Below, in pieces: positions 32,929 through 42,868 of a DNA stretch of 64,000 nucleotides (position 1 is its first letter; each line of letters begins with the position of its first letter). Source of the DNA: Acidimicrobiia bacterium (GTDB taxonomy: Bacteria > Actinomycetota > Acidimicrobiia > Spongiisociales > ZC4RG35). The notes beneath the pieces were generated by a model. It was not told the DNA's origin and did no database searches. It saw only the letters and a program-made list of their open reading frames with translations. Position numbers and translations under genes: made by a program. The stretch is taken from the NCBI GenBank assembly GCA_965203555.1, contig CBDBCY010000004.1, forward strand, positions 512,001 to 576,000, written 5' to 3'.

Positions 32929-33689
32929 GAGCCGCGCCTCTGCGGGCGCTGGCCGACGGGGCCCTGATGGCCCGATTCTTCGGTACTTCCACCCCCAAGG
33001 TCCTGGCCCTCCACGGTTGGGGAAGGGACAGCGCCGATTTCACCAACGTCCTGGACGGTATTTCGGCGATAGCCCCCGATCTACCGGGTTTCGGTTATTC
33101 ACCTCCCCCCGGCGAGGTGTGGGGAGCGGCCGAATATGCCGACCAGTTGGTGCAACTGCTGCCGGAAATGGACCCCCCGGTGGTGGTGGTGGGGCACTCC
33201 TTCGGCGGACGGGTGGCGGTCTGCCTGGCTACCCGGTGTCCCGGCATGATATCCGGACTGGTTCTCGCGGGGGCCCCGCTGATAAGAGTTCATCAAGCGG
33301 CTCGTCCCCAACTCTCCTATCGCCTGATCCGTTGGGGCCATCGGTGGGGCCTGGTCTCCGATGAGCGCATGGAGTCCATCCGACGCCGGCGCGGATCAAG
33401 CGACTACCGGGCAGCCCGGGGAGTGATGCGTAACGTGCTGGTCAAGGTGGTGCATGAGTCCTACGAAGAGCAACTCGACGGCCTGTCCGTTCCGGTTGAC
33501 CTTATCTGGGGAGCGGACGACCGGGAAGTGCCGGTGGAAAGAGCGCGACTCGCGCAGCGCCGCCTCAGGGAAAGCGGCTGCGAAGTACGCCTGCGGACAC
33601 TCAATGGTGCAGGGCACGATCTGCCCCTTGCCAGACCGGAAGTACTCCGGGAAGCCATCCAACTGATGCTGGGAGGCGCCGGCCGGTGA
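32925..33689 (+). CDS. Alpha/beta-fold hydrolase
   Basis: LHGWG, DLPGFG, nucleophile GHSFGG, WGADD and GAGH. Confidence 0.88.
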   Translation: MRAAPLRALADGALMARFFGTSTPKVLALHGWGRDSADFTNVLDGISAIAPDLPGFGYSPPPGEVWGAAEYADQLVQLLPEMDPPVVVVGHSFGGRVAVCLATRCPGMISGLVLAGAPLIRVHQAARPQLSYRLIRWGHRWGLVSDERMESIRRRRGSSDYRAARGVMRNVLVKVVHESYEEQLDGLSVPVDLIWGADDREVPVERARLAQRRLRESGCEVRLRTLNGAGHDLPLARPEVLREAIQLMLGGAGR

Positions 33690-35206
33690 CGCTGTGGGGA
33701 TGGCTGGTGATTCTTGCCTGTGGAACGGCCGCAGTTCCGGCCGGTGTCCGGTGGCTGAGGATCGCTCAACGGGAACACTATCTGCCGCCGGCAGTAAGCC
33801 GGTTCTCTGTGAGGTGGTGGACCGCGGGCTACCTCAACCGCGGACTTGCCGCCGGGGCGATCATCGCGGCCGCCGGGGAATGGCGGTGGGCGGGCATCGG
33901 GTTGGTCACCGCGGTTGTCGAAGGCTGCGGGCCGGTGGGATTGGGATTGAGAGGAGTGACCGGTTCCCTGGTTTGGACCAGGCGCCTGGTCCGCGTAGCC
34001 GTGACCACCGCCGTGGTTACGGGCGGGGCGTTTGGTGCGGCGATAGCCATCGGCCGGGCCGGTGTGGCGGCAGCCGCTCTGGTTGCCATGCCGGCCGTGG
34101 TGGATGCGGCCCTGGCCGTCAACCGTCCCTTGGAAAGGGCCATGAACGAAAAGTGGGTTAGAGAGGCCGCTCGCCGGTTGCGTGAGGTAGCGCCGAGGGT
34201 AGTGGCAATCACCGGATCGTACGGGAAGACCTCCACCAAGCTCTACCTGGCTCATCTGCTGGCCGGAAGCAAACGGGTGATGGCGAGTCCCGCCAGCTTC
34301 AACAACCGGATGGGGCTGGCCAGGGCTATCAACGAGCGGCTGACTCCAGGAACAGAGATATTCGTGGCGGAGATGGGGACCTATGGACCTGGTGAGATCG
34401 CCGAACTGTGCAGGTGGATACCCCCCGAGGTGGCGGTGATCACCGCCATCGGACCCGTCCACCTGGAACGGATGCGTACCGAAGATCGCATCCTGGCCTG
34501 CAAGAGCGAGATACTCACCGCGGGCGCCACCGCGGTGTTGGGAGTGGATCATCCCGGACTCTCCGGGCTGGCTGAGAGCGAGGCCCGGAGCGGCCGGCGG
34601 GTGATAACGTGCTCGGGCCGGGAAGCGGACGGCCAGGTGTCGGTGAATCCGCACAGCGGAGAAGTGCGTGTGCAGGGGAGGTTGATAGGAAAAATCGACC
34701 TCAGATTCCATCATCCCCTGAACGTGGGCGCTGCGCTGGGAGCAGTCCTGGCGCTGGGTGTAGACCCCAGCGAGGTGGCCGACCTTCTGGGAACTCTCCC
34801 CTCCCCGGAGCACCGGTTGGCAACCATGGTCAACGAGCGGGGGGTGATAGTAATCGATGACACGTTCAACGCCAATCCGGCCGGCGCCCGAGCCGCCCTG
34901 CGCCGATTGACGGAGCACTCGTCGCCAGGAGGCAGGCGGGTGGTGGTAACCCCCGGATTGGTGGAGATGGGACCGCGCCGCCGGATCGAGAACCGGGAGT
35001 TGGGTAAGGCAGCCAGCGAGGTGGCCACCCATCTGCTGGTGGTGGGACGAACCAACCGACGGTATCTGTTGGCGGGTGCCACGGAAGGGAAGGCTTCGGT
35101 GTTAGTGTTGGAGAATCGACAGCAAGCGGTTCGCTGGGCGCGGGCCAACCTCGACCGGGGCGACACGATCCTCTATGAAAACGACCTCCCCGACCACTAT
35201 CCATAA
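33686..35206 (+). CDS. murF: MurF-type Mur ligase with N-terminal membrane domain
   Basis: ITGSYGKTSTK, SFNN..G, EMG, EHRL, DDTFNANP and ENDLPDHY; hydrophobic N-terminal ~140 aa. Confidence 0.8.
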   Translation: MTLWGWLVILACGTAAVPAGVRWLRIAQREHYLPPAVSRFSVRWWTAGYLNRGLAAGAIIAAAGEWRWAGIGLVTAVVEGCGPVGLGLRGVTGSLVWTRRLVRVAVTTAVVTGGAFGAAIAIGRAGVAAAALVAMPAVVDAALAVNRPLERAMNEKWVREAARRLREVAPRVVAITGSYGKTSTKLYLAHLLAGSKRVMASPASFNNRMGLARAINERLTPGTEIFVAEMGTYGPGEIAELCRWIPPEVAVITAIGPVHLERMRTEDRILACKSEILTAGATAVLGVDHPGLSGLAESEARSGRRVITCSGREADGQVSVNPHSGEVRVQGRLIGKIDLRFHHPLNVGAALGAVLALGVDPSEVADLLGTLPSPEHRLATMVNERGVIVIDDTFNANPAGARAALRRLTEHSSPGGRRVVVTPGLVEMGPRRRIENRELGKAASEVATHLLVVGRTNRRYLLAGATEGKASVLVLENRQQAVRWARANLDRGDTILYENDLPDHYP

Positions 35207-35233
35207 TCTGCCTCCTGCAATGGAGAGCGGGGC

Positions 35234-36304
35234 ATGACCAGGATTGCCACGGTCTTTGGAGGCCCTTCTCCCGAACACGACGTCAGCGTCTCCACCGGAC
35301 TCCAGGCTCTTCGCGTACTTCCGGAATCGGACTCTCTCTACTGGTCCATAACGGGAGATTGGTATCTGACCCAGCCCAACCTGGAACTCTCCGACTTCGC
35401 AGACGGAGTTCCAAAAAGGTCGCGACGGCTGGATCTGCTGGTTGGTCCCTCCGGGGGATACCGAGTCGGCCGAAAGCAACTCAAGTACGACGTGCTGGTC
35501 AACTGCTTCCACGGAGGACCGGGTGAAGACGGGACCGTTCAGGGGATCTGGGACATGGCAGGTCTTCGCTACACCGGACCGGGCACGGCCGCCTCAAGTC
35601 TGGGAATGGACAAACTGATCTTTTCGGCGGCCGTCCGTACGGCAGGAATGTCCACGGTGGAAAGACACCTGATTACCACTCGGTTTACCCCCAGCTTCGA
35701 TCCACCTTACATAGTCAAGCCCCGCAGCGGGGGTTCTTCCATCGGGATAGCCGTGGTGGACGACTACCAGACCGCCCTTGCCCTTTCCCGCTCCTCTCCC
35801 CATCTGGTCGACGGAGCAGTAATCGAGCCTTATCTGGACGGAGCAAGAGACCTCCAGGTTGCAGTGCGCCGCCATCCCGATTTGGAACTGTCTGCTATCG
35901 AAGAACCCACGCGATCTGACAGCCGGGGGATCCTGACCTACCGTGAAAAATATCTGGCGTGGGCGAATTCCCAGGCTGTGGCCCGCCAGCTTCCCGCCGA
36001 GGTCGAAAGCCGACTGGAAGCCCAAATCCGAGAAGAGGCCGTGGCTGTGGCGGAACTGGTGGGAATCAGGGGAATCTCCCGGGTCGACTTCCTGGCTCAC
36101 GATGGGAACCTCCACGTCAACGAGATCAACACCCTCCCCGGCAGCCTGGCGGCGTACCTGTGGATAGACCCCCCTCGAACCAGGGAACGTCTGCTGCGAG
36201 ACATGGTCTCGGAAGCCCTTGCCAACCCACGGATCTTCAACACCGCCGGCGCGGACGGGACAGCCTTGCGGGGCGGCGGAATGATCGCCGCCAAACTCGC
36301 ATAG
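35234..36304 (+). CDS. ddl: D-alanine--D-alanine ligase family protein
   Basis: FGGPSPEHDVS, HGGPGEDG, GMDK, GGSSIG, YREKY and NEINTLPG. Confidence 0.88.
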   Translation: MTRIATVFGGPSPEHDVSVSTGLQALRVLPESDSLYWSITGDWYLTQPNLELSDFADGVPKRSRRLDLLVGPSGGYRVGRKQLKYDVLVNCFHGGPGEDGTVQGIWDMAGLRYTGPGTAASSLGMDKLIFSAAVRTAGMSTVERHLITTRFTPSFDPPYIVKPRSGGSSIGIAVVDDYQTALALSRSSPHLVDGAVIEPYLDGARDLQVAVRRHPDLELSAIEEPTRSDSRGILTYREKYLAWANSQAVARQLPAEVESRLEAQIREEAVAVAELVGIRGISRVDFLAHDGNLHVNEINTLPGSLAAYLWIDPPRTRERLLRDMVSEALANPRIFNTAGADGTALRGGGMIAAKLA

Positions 36305-36339
36305 ACGACGCCTGTAAGAGTATCTTCGCTTCCATAAGA

Positions 36340-36372
36340 AAAGGCGACCCCGGAGAGTTCGAGGTCGCCTTT
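36340..36372. terminator. Bidirectional intrinsic terminator between convergent ddl and amtB
   Basis: aaaggcgacc (36340-36349) pairs with ggtcgccttt (36363-36372). Confidence 0.7.
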
Positions 36373-36400
36373 ATACCTGGATCTTGCTGGAGCTTGTTGA

Positions 36401-37807
36401 TCAGTCCTCGTCGCCGAACTCTTCGGGAACCAGCAGGAACTCGGGATAGGACTCGATACCCAGTTCTCCGGCGTCTTGGCCCAGCCTCTCAATGTCAGGC
36501 TCGACCCTCAGACCCATGGTCATGTCCAGGATCTTCCAGACGATGAACGAGGCGATGAACACGAACAACCCCACCGCCACGATGCCCAGGAGTTGGACTC
36601 CAAACGGGGCGCCTCCGGTAATGCCGACCACCAGGGTTCCCCAGATGCCGCACATCAAGTGAGCGGGAATCGCGCCAACCACATCATCGACCTTCCAGAC
36701 CTCCAAGAACTTGATCCCGGCAACCACGATCAATCCGCCCACCGCGCCGATGAGGATCGACCAGTAGTGGTCAACCAGGTCCGGCCCGGCGGTTATGGCC
36801 ACCAGCCCGGCTATGGCGCCGTTCAAGCCCGCGAAGAGATCGATCCGTCCCAGCAGAGGCCGCGATACGAACAACGCCATCACCACCCCGGCGGCCGCCG
36901 CCAGGTTGGTATTGACCAGGACATTGCTCATCGCCACCGCGTCCAGCGCACTTCCGAGAGCCAACTGGGAACCACCGTTGAATCCGAACCAGCCCAGCCA
37001 GAGTACGAAGACGCCCAGAGTCACCATCAGGACATTCGAGGGAGGCGTGGCCTTGATGCTTCCATCTTTGCGGAACTTGCCAAGACGCGGGCCGATTAAC
37101 AGTACGCCGGCCAAAGCCGCCCATCCACCGGTGCCGTGGACGATGGTAGAACCGGCAAAATCGCTGAACCCCATCTCGGCGAGCCAACCGCCGCCCCAGG
37201 TCCAGGCGCCGACGATTGGATAGATAACGGCTGTCAGGACCAACACGAAGACGAAGAAGGTCCACATCTTGATCCGCTCCGCGATGGCGCCGGACACAAT
37301 GGATGCCGCCGTGGCCACGAACACCATCTGGAAGAACCAGTCCGACATGACTGCGTACCCGTTTGAGACCACGTCCGCCAGGACATCCGTCGCACCATCC
37401 AGTAGTGCGACCTCACTGGCCGACGACGAGTAGAACAGTTGGAAGGACCCGATAACGTTCCCCACATCTACGTACATAAGGTTGTAGCCGATTGCGAAAT
37501 AAGCCAGACCGGCAATCGAATAGATGCCGATGTTCTTGAGACAGATCATGGAAGAGTTCTTGCTGCGTACGGCCCCAGCCTCAAGCATGGTGAATCCGGC
37601 GGCCATCCACATCACCAGCGCACCCCAGATGAGGAAGGCAAAGGTGTTGAACACAAACTGTGACTCTCCAGTTATCGCCAACTCCTGCGCTTTGGCCAGA
37701 CCGGGCCTCAGGAGAACGAACCCGAATACCAGAAGGGCAATCACACCTGCGACCAGGTATGGCCTTCTCTTCTCAAGTCCCAAAGATTTGCTGTGAGCAA
37801 GGTTCAT
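36401..37807 (-). CDS. amtB: Ammonium transporter
   Basis: FQMVF, SGAIAER, DFAGSTIVH, WFGFNGGS and DDVVGAIPAH; GGAGG SD before ATG 37807. Confidence 0.93.
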   Translation of the reverse strand: MNLAHSKSLGLEKRRPYLVAGVIALLVFGFVLLRPGLAKAQELAITGESQFVFNTFAFLIWGALVMWMAAGFTMLEAGAVRSKNSSMICLKNIGIYSIAGLAYFAIGYNLMYVDVGNVIGSFQLFYSSSASEVALLDGATDVLADVVSNGYAVMSDWFFQMVFVATAASIVSGAIAERIKMWTFFVFVLVLTAVIYPIVGAWTWGGGWLAEMGFSDFAGSTIVHGTGGWAALAGVLLIGPRLGKFRKDGSIKATPPSNVLMVTLGVFVLWLGWFGFNGGSQLALGSALDAVAMSNVLVNTNLAAAAGVVMALFVSRPLLGRIDLFAGLNGAIAGLVAITAGPDLVDHYWSILIGAVGGLIVVAGIKFLEVWKVDDVVGAIPAHLMCGIWGTLVVGITGGAPFGVQLLGIVAVGLFVFIASFIVWKILDMTMGLRVEPDIERLGQDAGELGIESYPEFLLVPEEFGDED

Positions 37808-38031
37808 CGAAAGTCCTCCTGGTCGCCGATTCAGCCCCTGTGGTTCCATTACCCTGGTTGGGCCCGCTTTCGGCAATTCAGGCTACCAGATAGGACAGTT
37901 CAAGCCGGGTAAACAATAGGGCTTTGATAGTAATCCTTAGTTTTCATTTCCCATTGGGAGCAGGAGTGGCGGATCTTCCATTGGCCGAAAATGCGAGGAT
38001 CCACGGTCCCTTCGGGATTAGAGTGGTGACA

Positions 38032-38856
38032 ATGGGTCGATTAGCTAACTCCATTGCTCTGGCCAAGGCGTCCTGGCAGGTTCTCAAGGCCGATAAGGAA
38101 CTGTTGCTTCTGCCGATCATCTCGATGGCCGCCACCGCCATAGCCCTTGCTTTGTTCTTCATTCCGATCATGATCGGGGGTTTCGACGGCACGAGCTTCT
38201 TGCTTTTGGTGGCGATGTACTTCGTCCTCGCCTACATCACGATCTTCTTCAACGCTGCTCTGGTCAGCGCCGCCCACGAACGTCTGCAAGGAGGAGACCC
38301 CACCGTGGGCAGCGCGTTGAGAGGCGCCGCGCAGCGCGCAGGACGGATACTGCCCTGGGCCCTCATCTCGGCGGTGGTGTCGGCGATTCTGAAGGCCATT
38401 GAGGAACGTGCAGGGTTTTTGGGCAGCATCGTGATCAGTATGGTGGGCATGGCATGGAGCGTGGTCACATTCTTGGTGTTACCCATCATCGTGATCGAGG
38501 GAAAGGGCGCCGTGGAGGCGATCAAAAGCTCGGTCAGCCTATTTCGTAGAACCTGGGGCGAGAATCTTGGTGCACAGGTAGGCCTGGGCCTGGTCGGCTT
38601 TCTGGCTTCTCTCCCCGGTGCGGCGTTGATAGTTCTGGGAGTGGTCTCCGGTGGCGGAGCAGCAACCGCGGCGGCGATCGGCCTCGGCGCCTTGTGGATG
38701 CTGGTGGTGATCGTTGTCATGTCAGCGCTATCGGGAATTTTCCAGACGGCTCTCTACCACTTCGCCGTCGACCGCCAAGCTCCCCAGGGGTACTTCGACA
38801 ACCGGATCATGAGCGAGGCGTTCCGTACCAAGCGTGGTCGTCGATTCGGAATGTAA
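38032..38856 (+). CDS. Conserved membrane protein (DUF6159-like)
   Basis: SWQVLKADKELLLLP and SLFRRTWGE; several TM segments; TAGAGT 7 nt before the ATG. Confidence 0.75.
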   Translation: MGRLANSIALAKASWQVLKADKELLLLPIISMAATAIALALFFIPIMIGGFDGTSFLLLVAMYFVLAYITIFFNAALVSAAHERLQGGDPTVGSALRGAAQRAGRILPWALISAVVSAILKAIEERAGFLGSIVISMVGMAWSVVTFLVLPIIVIEGKGAVEAIKSSVSLFRRTWGENLGAQVGLGLVGFLASLPGAALIVLGVVSGGGAATAAAIGLGALWMLVVIVVMSALSGIFQTALYHFAVDRQAPQGYFDNRIMSEAFRTKRGRRFGM

Positions 38857-38877
38857 GTCCGGAAGATTCCAACCTTT

Positions 38878-39465
38878 TCATCTCCGGGGAGATCGGTAAT
38901 CCGTCCCGGTTGTGATTAGCCTCCACCGCCGCTCGGTGGCCTTGCTGATTCCCACCCTCGGCGTGCTTCTCCATTCCGGAGTCGCCACACCGGAGTCCTC
39001 AAGCCATACCTCCGAACTCTCCCACAACACCAGCCCGTCATGGCGACCTGTCAAACCAAGCGCCTGGGTCAGCTTGCCGGGTCCGTCACACAGATGATCT
39101 TCCCGGCCCCGGCGGGCGATCATGGTTTGCAATCCCCGCTCCGGCACACCACCCCGCAGCAGCACCGCCTGGCCTTCGCCTTCCGGTCCGGTGACCACAT
39201 TGGCGCACCAGTGGACTCCATACGACCGGTACACGTAGAGGGCGCCAGCCCGCGAGAACATGGTGCGGTTTCTACGCCTGGGTCCCACAAATGCGTGACT
39301 GGCGGGATCGTCGGCCCCGCCGTACGCCTCCACCTCGCAGATCAGCACCGAGGTTGTCACCTCCTCGATCCTGGTAACCAGCCTCTTGCCCAAAAGCCTC
39401 TCTGCTACTCCGAGCACCGTTCCGGTGAAATCATCAGTGACCAGACAGCGGGACCCCTTTCCCAT
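38878..39465 (-). CDS. mpg: DNA-3-methyladenine glycosylase (AAG/Mpg type)
   Basis: EVEAY, DPASH, YVYRSYGVH, GPGKL and PRVGIS; start uncertain. Confidence 0.9.
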   Translation of the reverse strand: MGKGSRCLVTDDFTGTVLGVAERLLGKRLVTRIEEVTTSVLICEVEAYGGADDPASHAFVGPRRRNRTMFSRAGALYVYRSYGVHWCANVVTGPEGEGQAVLLRGGVPERGLQTMIARRGREDHLCDGPGKLTQALGLTGRHDGLVLWESSEVWLEDSGVATPEWRSTPRVGISKATERRWRLITTGTDYRSPRR

Positions 39466-39551
39466 CGAAGTTCAGGCGTTCCTGGATTGCGCACCGGCCT
39501 TGCAATCCCTGTTACGCCAGGAGCAGACTGCAATGTCCCCCGGTCGATCCT

Positions 39552-40466
39552 TCACTCTCGGGGAATCCACGGCGTCTGGGACAAAAGGTCCAGGAGCAAC
39601 GCCGCGAACGAATGCAAACGGTTTTCGGCTTGGTCGAACACCACAGAGCGGGGCGACTCCAACACCTCGGCGGTCACCTCCTCGCCCCGATGGGCAGGCA
39701 GACAATGCATGAACACCCCGTCGGGGTCGGCCCGTTCCATCAACTCGGAGTCAACGGTGTAATCCGCAAAGGCGGCCAAGCGATGCTGAGCCTCTTCCTC
39801 CTGGCCCATGGAAGTCCATACATCGGTGTAGACCGCGTGAGCCCCTTCCACCGCCGGGACGGGATGATCGAAAATCGAGACCCTGCCCCACTGGCGGGCC
39901 CGTGCCACCACACTCGAATCGGGCCTGTAGCCGGGGGGACACCCGACCCGCACCTCCATCCCCACCATGGTTCCGGCCAGCATCAGAGAGTGGCAGACGT
40001 TGTTTCCATCCCCCACATAGGCGAGTCTGGCGCCGCGCAGAGGACGCCTCTCGGCAATGGTCATCAGATCGGCCACCGCCTGACAGGGGTGTTCCCAATC
40101 CGACAGCAGGTTGATCACTGGCGCATTCATGAATCTTGACATCTCTTCCAGCAGAGAATGCTCAAAGACCCGCATCCCCATAGCGTCGAGATAGCGGTCG
40201 AGCACCCGGGCGACGTCCGACACCTCTTCCCTCTGGCCCACCCCCGAGACATCCTGGCGTATGACTATGGGGTGGGCGCCCAAGAGAGCCGTGGCGGCGG
40301 TGGATGACACCCAGGTCCTCAAGGAAGGCTTCTGAAAGAACATACCCACCGTTTTTCCCGACAGTGCCCGGCGGTACCGCCCGGGGTTTCGCTTGAAGTC
40401 CAAGGCGGTTTCCACTAGACGGGCCAATCCCTCGGGTCCCCGATCCGCTACCGAGAGAAAACTCAC
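39552..40466 (-). CDS. argF: Ornithine carbamoyltransferase
   Basis: SLRT, HPCQ, GDGNNV, DVWTSMG, HCLP and QAENR. Confidence 0.9.
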   Translation of the reverse strand: MSFLSVADRGPEGLARLVETALDFKRNPGRYRRALSGKTVGMFFQKPSLRTWVSSTAATALLGAHPIVIRQDVSGVGQREEVSDVARVLDRYLDAMGMRVFEHSLLEEMSRFMNAPVINLLSDWEHPCQAVADLMTIAERRPLRGARLAYVGDGNNVCHSLMLAGTMVGMEVRVGCPPGYRPDSSVVARARQWGRVSIFDHPVPAVEGAHAVYTDVWTSMGQEEEAQHRLAAFADYTVDSELMERADPDGVFMHCLPAHRGEEVTAEVLESPRSVVFDQAENRLHSFAALLLDLLSQTPWIPRE

Positions 40467-42868
40467 AACTCCCCCCGGAGTTCGGCGCCCAATTGCCGGG
40501 CGGCATCGGCCATGGAACGTAGAGCCTCTCCGGTCTCTTCACCTGAGAGGGTGCGATCCGGCGCCCTGAGCGTATAGTTGATCGCCAGACTCTTCCTTCC
40601 CTCCGCCAGAGGCGCCCCCCTGAATTCATCGAACACCCGGGCGGACTCCAGCAGAACGCCGGCCGCCTGTCCGGTGGCCGCCAGCAGGTCGTCGGCGCCC
40701 AACTCCTCGGGGGTTTCGAAAGCCAAGTCAAATGTGTAGGGTGGGAAAACGCTCGGCGCCCGGAATTGCCAATGATCCCGCTCGGTCACCAGCGGATCGA
40801 GTTCCACCTCCATCGCAATCACCCTTCCGGAAAGTTCCGCCCTTCTGACCACCGCGGGATGGACTTCTCCCATTGTCCCCACCGTCTTACCGTCCAGCAT
40901 CAAGCGAGCGGCGCGGGCGGGATGCCACCCCGCCGTCTCGGTGGGCGCCAGCCGCCACTCCCCCAGATCCAGGTGGTTGGACAAGGCTCTCCAAACCGCT
41001 GAAACCGTGAAGAAGTCCACCGACCGTTGAGCGAGACCCAATCCCGTTCCCCCCAGGCGCCCGGTAGCCAGGACTCCGATTCGCTCGGGCTGATCCGGTA
41101 CCTTGGGCAGCGTGGGATGGGGACGGTCCAAGAACACCCTGCCCAACTCGAAGATGGCTACGTCTTCCAACCCATGTGAATAGTTGTATTTCGCCACCCG
41201 CAGGAGTCCCGGCAGCAGAGTGGTTCGCAATATGGACTCCTCCTCCCGGAGAGGGTTCTTGAGCCGAATGTCGGCGGCTCGCTCGTCGTCGCTTTCCCAT
41301 CCCCAGATCTCGATCTCCGCAGCTCGCATGAAACTCAGGGAGACCGACTCGGAGAACCCCAAACCACACAGGGCCTGACGAAGAGTCCGCGTGCGACGCT
41401 GGATCACCGAGCGTCCCCCTCCCGGACCGCGGGGCACCCGCTCGGGGAAGTTGTCATATCCCCACAAACGCGCCAATTCCTCCACCAAATCGATTGGTCT
41501 GGTCAGGTCGGGTCGGAAGGTGGGGACTGTGACCGAGACTGGATCCTCCCCTTCCACAGCCAGGTGAAGCCGGGAGAGAAGATCCACTACCCGGGGGGTG
41601 TCGAACCCCGGTCCCAGGATGCGCTCCGCCTCTTTCATCTCAAGGCTGATCGTGACCGACTCGAGCTTGTCCTCTCGGGCAACAACGTCCGTCACCTGTC
41701 TTACGGCCTGCCCCCCGGTCAACTGCGTGACCAACTCTGCCGCCCGGGCCGCGGCCTGCGGGGGCAAAGCCGGATCCACCCCCCGTTCGAACCGGGCAGA
41801 AGCCTCGGTGCGCAGGGCATGGCGCTTGGACATGTGCAGTACCGTCGGAGGATCCCAGGCAGCGGCTTCGATCAGCACCGAGGTGGTCCGATCGGTGACC
41901 TCCGAAGAGCCGCCCCCCATGGTGCCTGCCAGAGCGGAGGCCCGCTCCCGGTCGGCCACCACCAGATCCGAAGCGTTCAATGCCCGCTCCACCCCGTCCA
42001 GGGTGGTGAGCCTCTCCCCGGGCCTGGCCCTTCTCACCACAATCCCCGCCCCGCCCAGTTCATCCAGATCGAAGGCGTGTATGGGCTGGCCCAGTTCCAG
42101 GAGCACATAGTTGGTGATGTCCACCACATTCGAGATAGGCCGTTGTCCCGAGGCCCGCAGCCGGGTCTGCATCCAGAACGGGGATGGCGATACCTTGCAA
42201 CCCTGTACCTCTCGGGCCGTGAACCGGTAGCAGCCACTGGGGTCCTCAATGGTGATCCCGATCCGGGGAGCGGCTTCGACCTGGGGAAAGTCAGGTTCCG
42301 GCACACGAAACCCGATTTGATGGTAGGCGGACAACTCCCGGGCCACTCCCACGTACGACATCACATCGGGCCGGTTGGGAGTGATACTCAGGTCGAGCAC
42401 GGTGTCGGTAAGGGAAACGAAGCCTGCCAGATCATCCCCGACCGGGACATCGGCGTCGAAAACCAGGATGCCTTCCGCGTCCTCGCCCAACCCGAGTTCC
42501 CTCTCCGAGCAAATCATCCCATTGGAAACCACCCCGCGGATAGACCGTCGGCCGATCTGCATCCCTCCGCTCAGCGTGGATCCGGGAAGGGCCAGCGCCA
42601 CGGTGGCGCCTGCTTCGAAATTCCACGCTCCGCACACCACTGTCATCGGCTCGTCTCCGGTGGTCACGCGACAAACTCTGATCCGGTCGGCCCGAGGGTG
42701 CGGCGCAACCTCCAGTACCCGGGCAGTCACCACCCCGTCGAATTGCGGAGTAAGCGACTCGACCTCCTCAACTTCATGACCCAAAGACTCCAACACCGCA
42801 GCCACCGCACCCGATTCCCAGGTCGGAAGGTCGATGTAGTCAGCCAGCCAGTTGAAGGAGACTCTCAT
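40463..42868 (-). CDS. pheT: Phenylalanine--tRNA ligase beta subunit
   Basis: Starts MRVSFNWL at 42868; ITPNRPD, RFERGVD and an anticodon-binding domain ending DRTL. Confidence 0.95.
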   Translation of the reverse strand: MRVSFNWLADYIDLPTWESGAVAAVLESLGHEVEEVESLTPQFDGVVTARVLEVAPHPRADRIRVCRVTTGDEPMTVVCGAWNFEAGATVALALPGSTLSGGMQIGRRSIRGVVSNGMICSERELGLGEDAEGILVFDADVPVGDDLAGFVSLTDTVLDLSITPNRPDVMSYVGVARELSAYHQIGFRVPEPDFPQVEAAPRIGITIEDPSGCYRFTAREVQGCKVSPSPFWMQTRLRASGQRPISNVVDITNYVLLELGQPIHAFDLDELGGAGIVVRRARPGERLTTLDGVERALNASDLVVADRERASALAGTMGGGSSEVTDRTTSVLIEAAAWDPPTVLHMSKRHALRTEASARFERGVDPALPPQAAARAAELVTQLTGGQAVRQVTDVVAREDKLESVTISLEMKEAERILGPGFDTPRVVDLLSRLHLAVEGEDPVSVTVPTFRPDLTRPIDLVEELARLWGYDNFPERVPRGPGGGRSVIQRRTRTLRQALCGLGFSESVSLSFMRAAEIEIWGWESDDERAADIRLKNPLREEESILRTTLLPGLLRVAKYNYSHGLEDVAIFELGRVFLDRPHPTLPKVPDQPERIGVLATGRLGGTGLGLAQRSVDFFTVSAVWRALSNHLDLGEWRLAPTETAGWHPARAARLMLDGKTVGTMGEVHPAVVRRAELSGRVIAMEVELDPLVTERDHWQFRAPSVFPPYTFDLAFETPEELGADDLLAATGQAAGVLLESARVFDEFRGAPLAEGRKSLAINYTLRAPDRTLSGEETGEALRSMADAARQLGAELRGEL

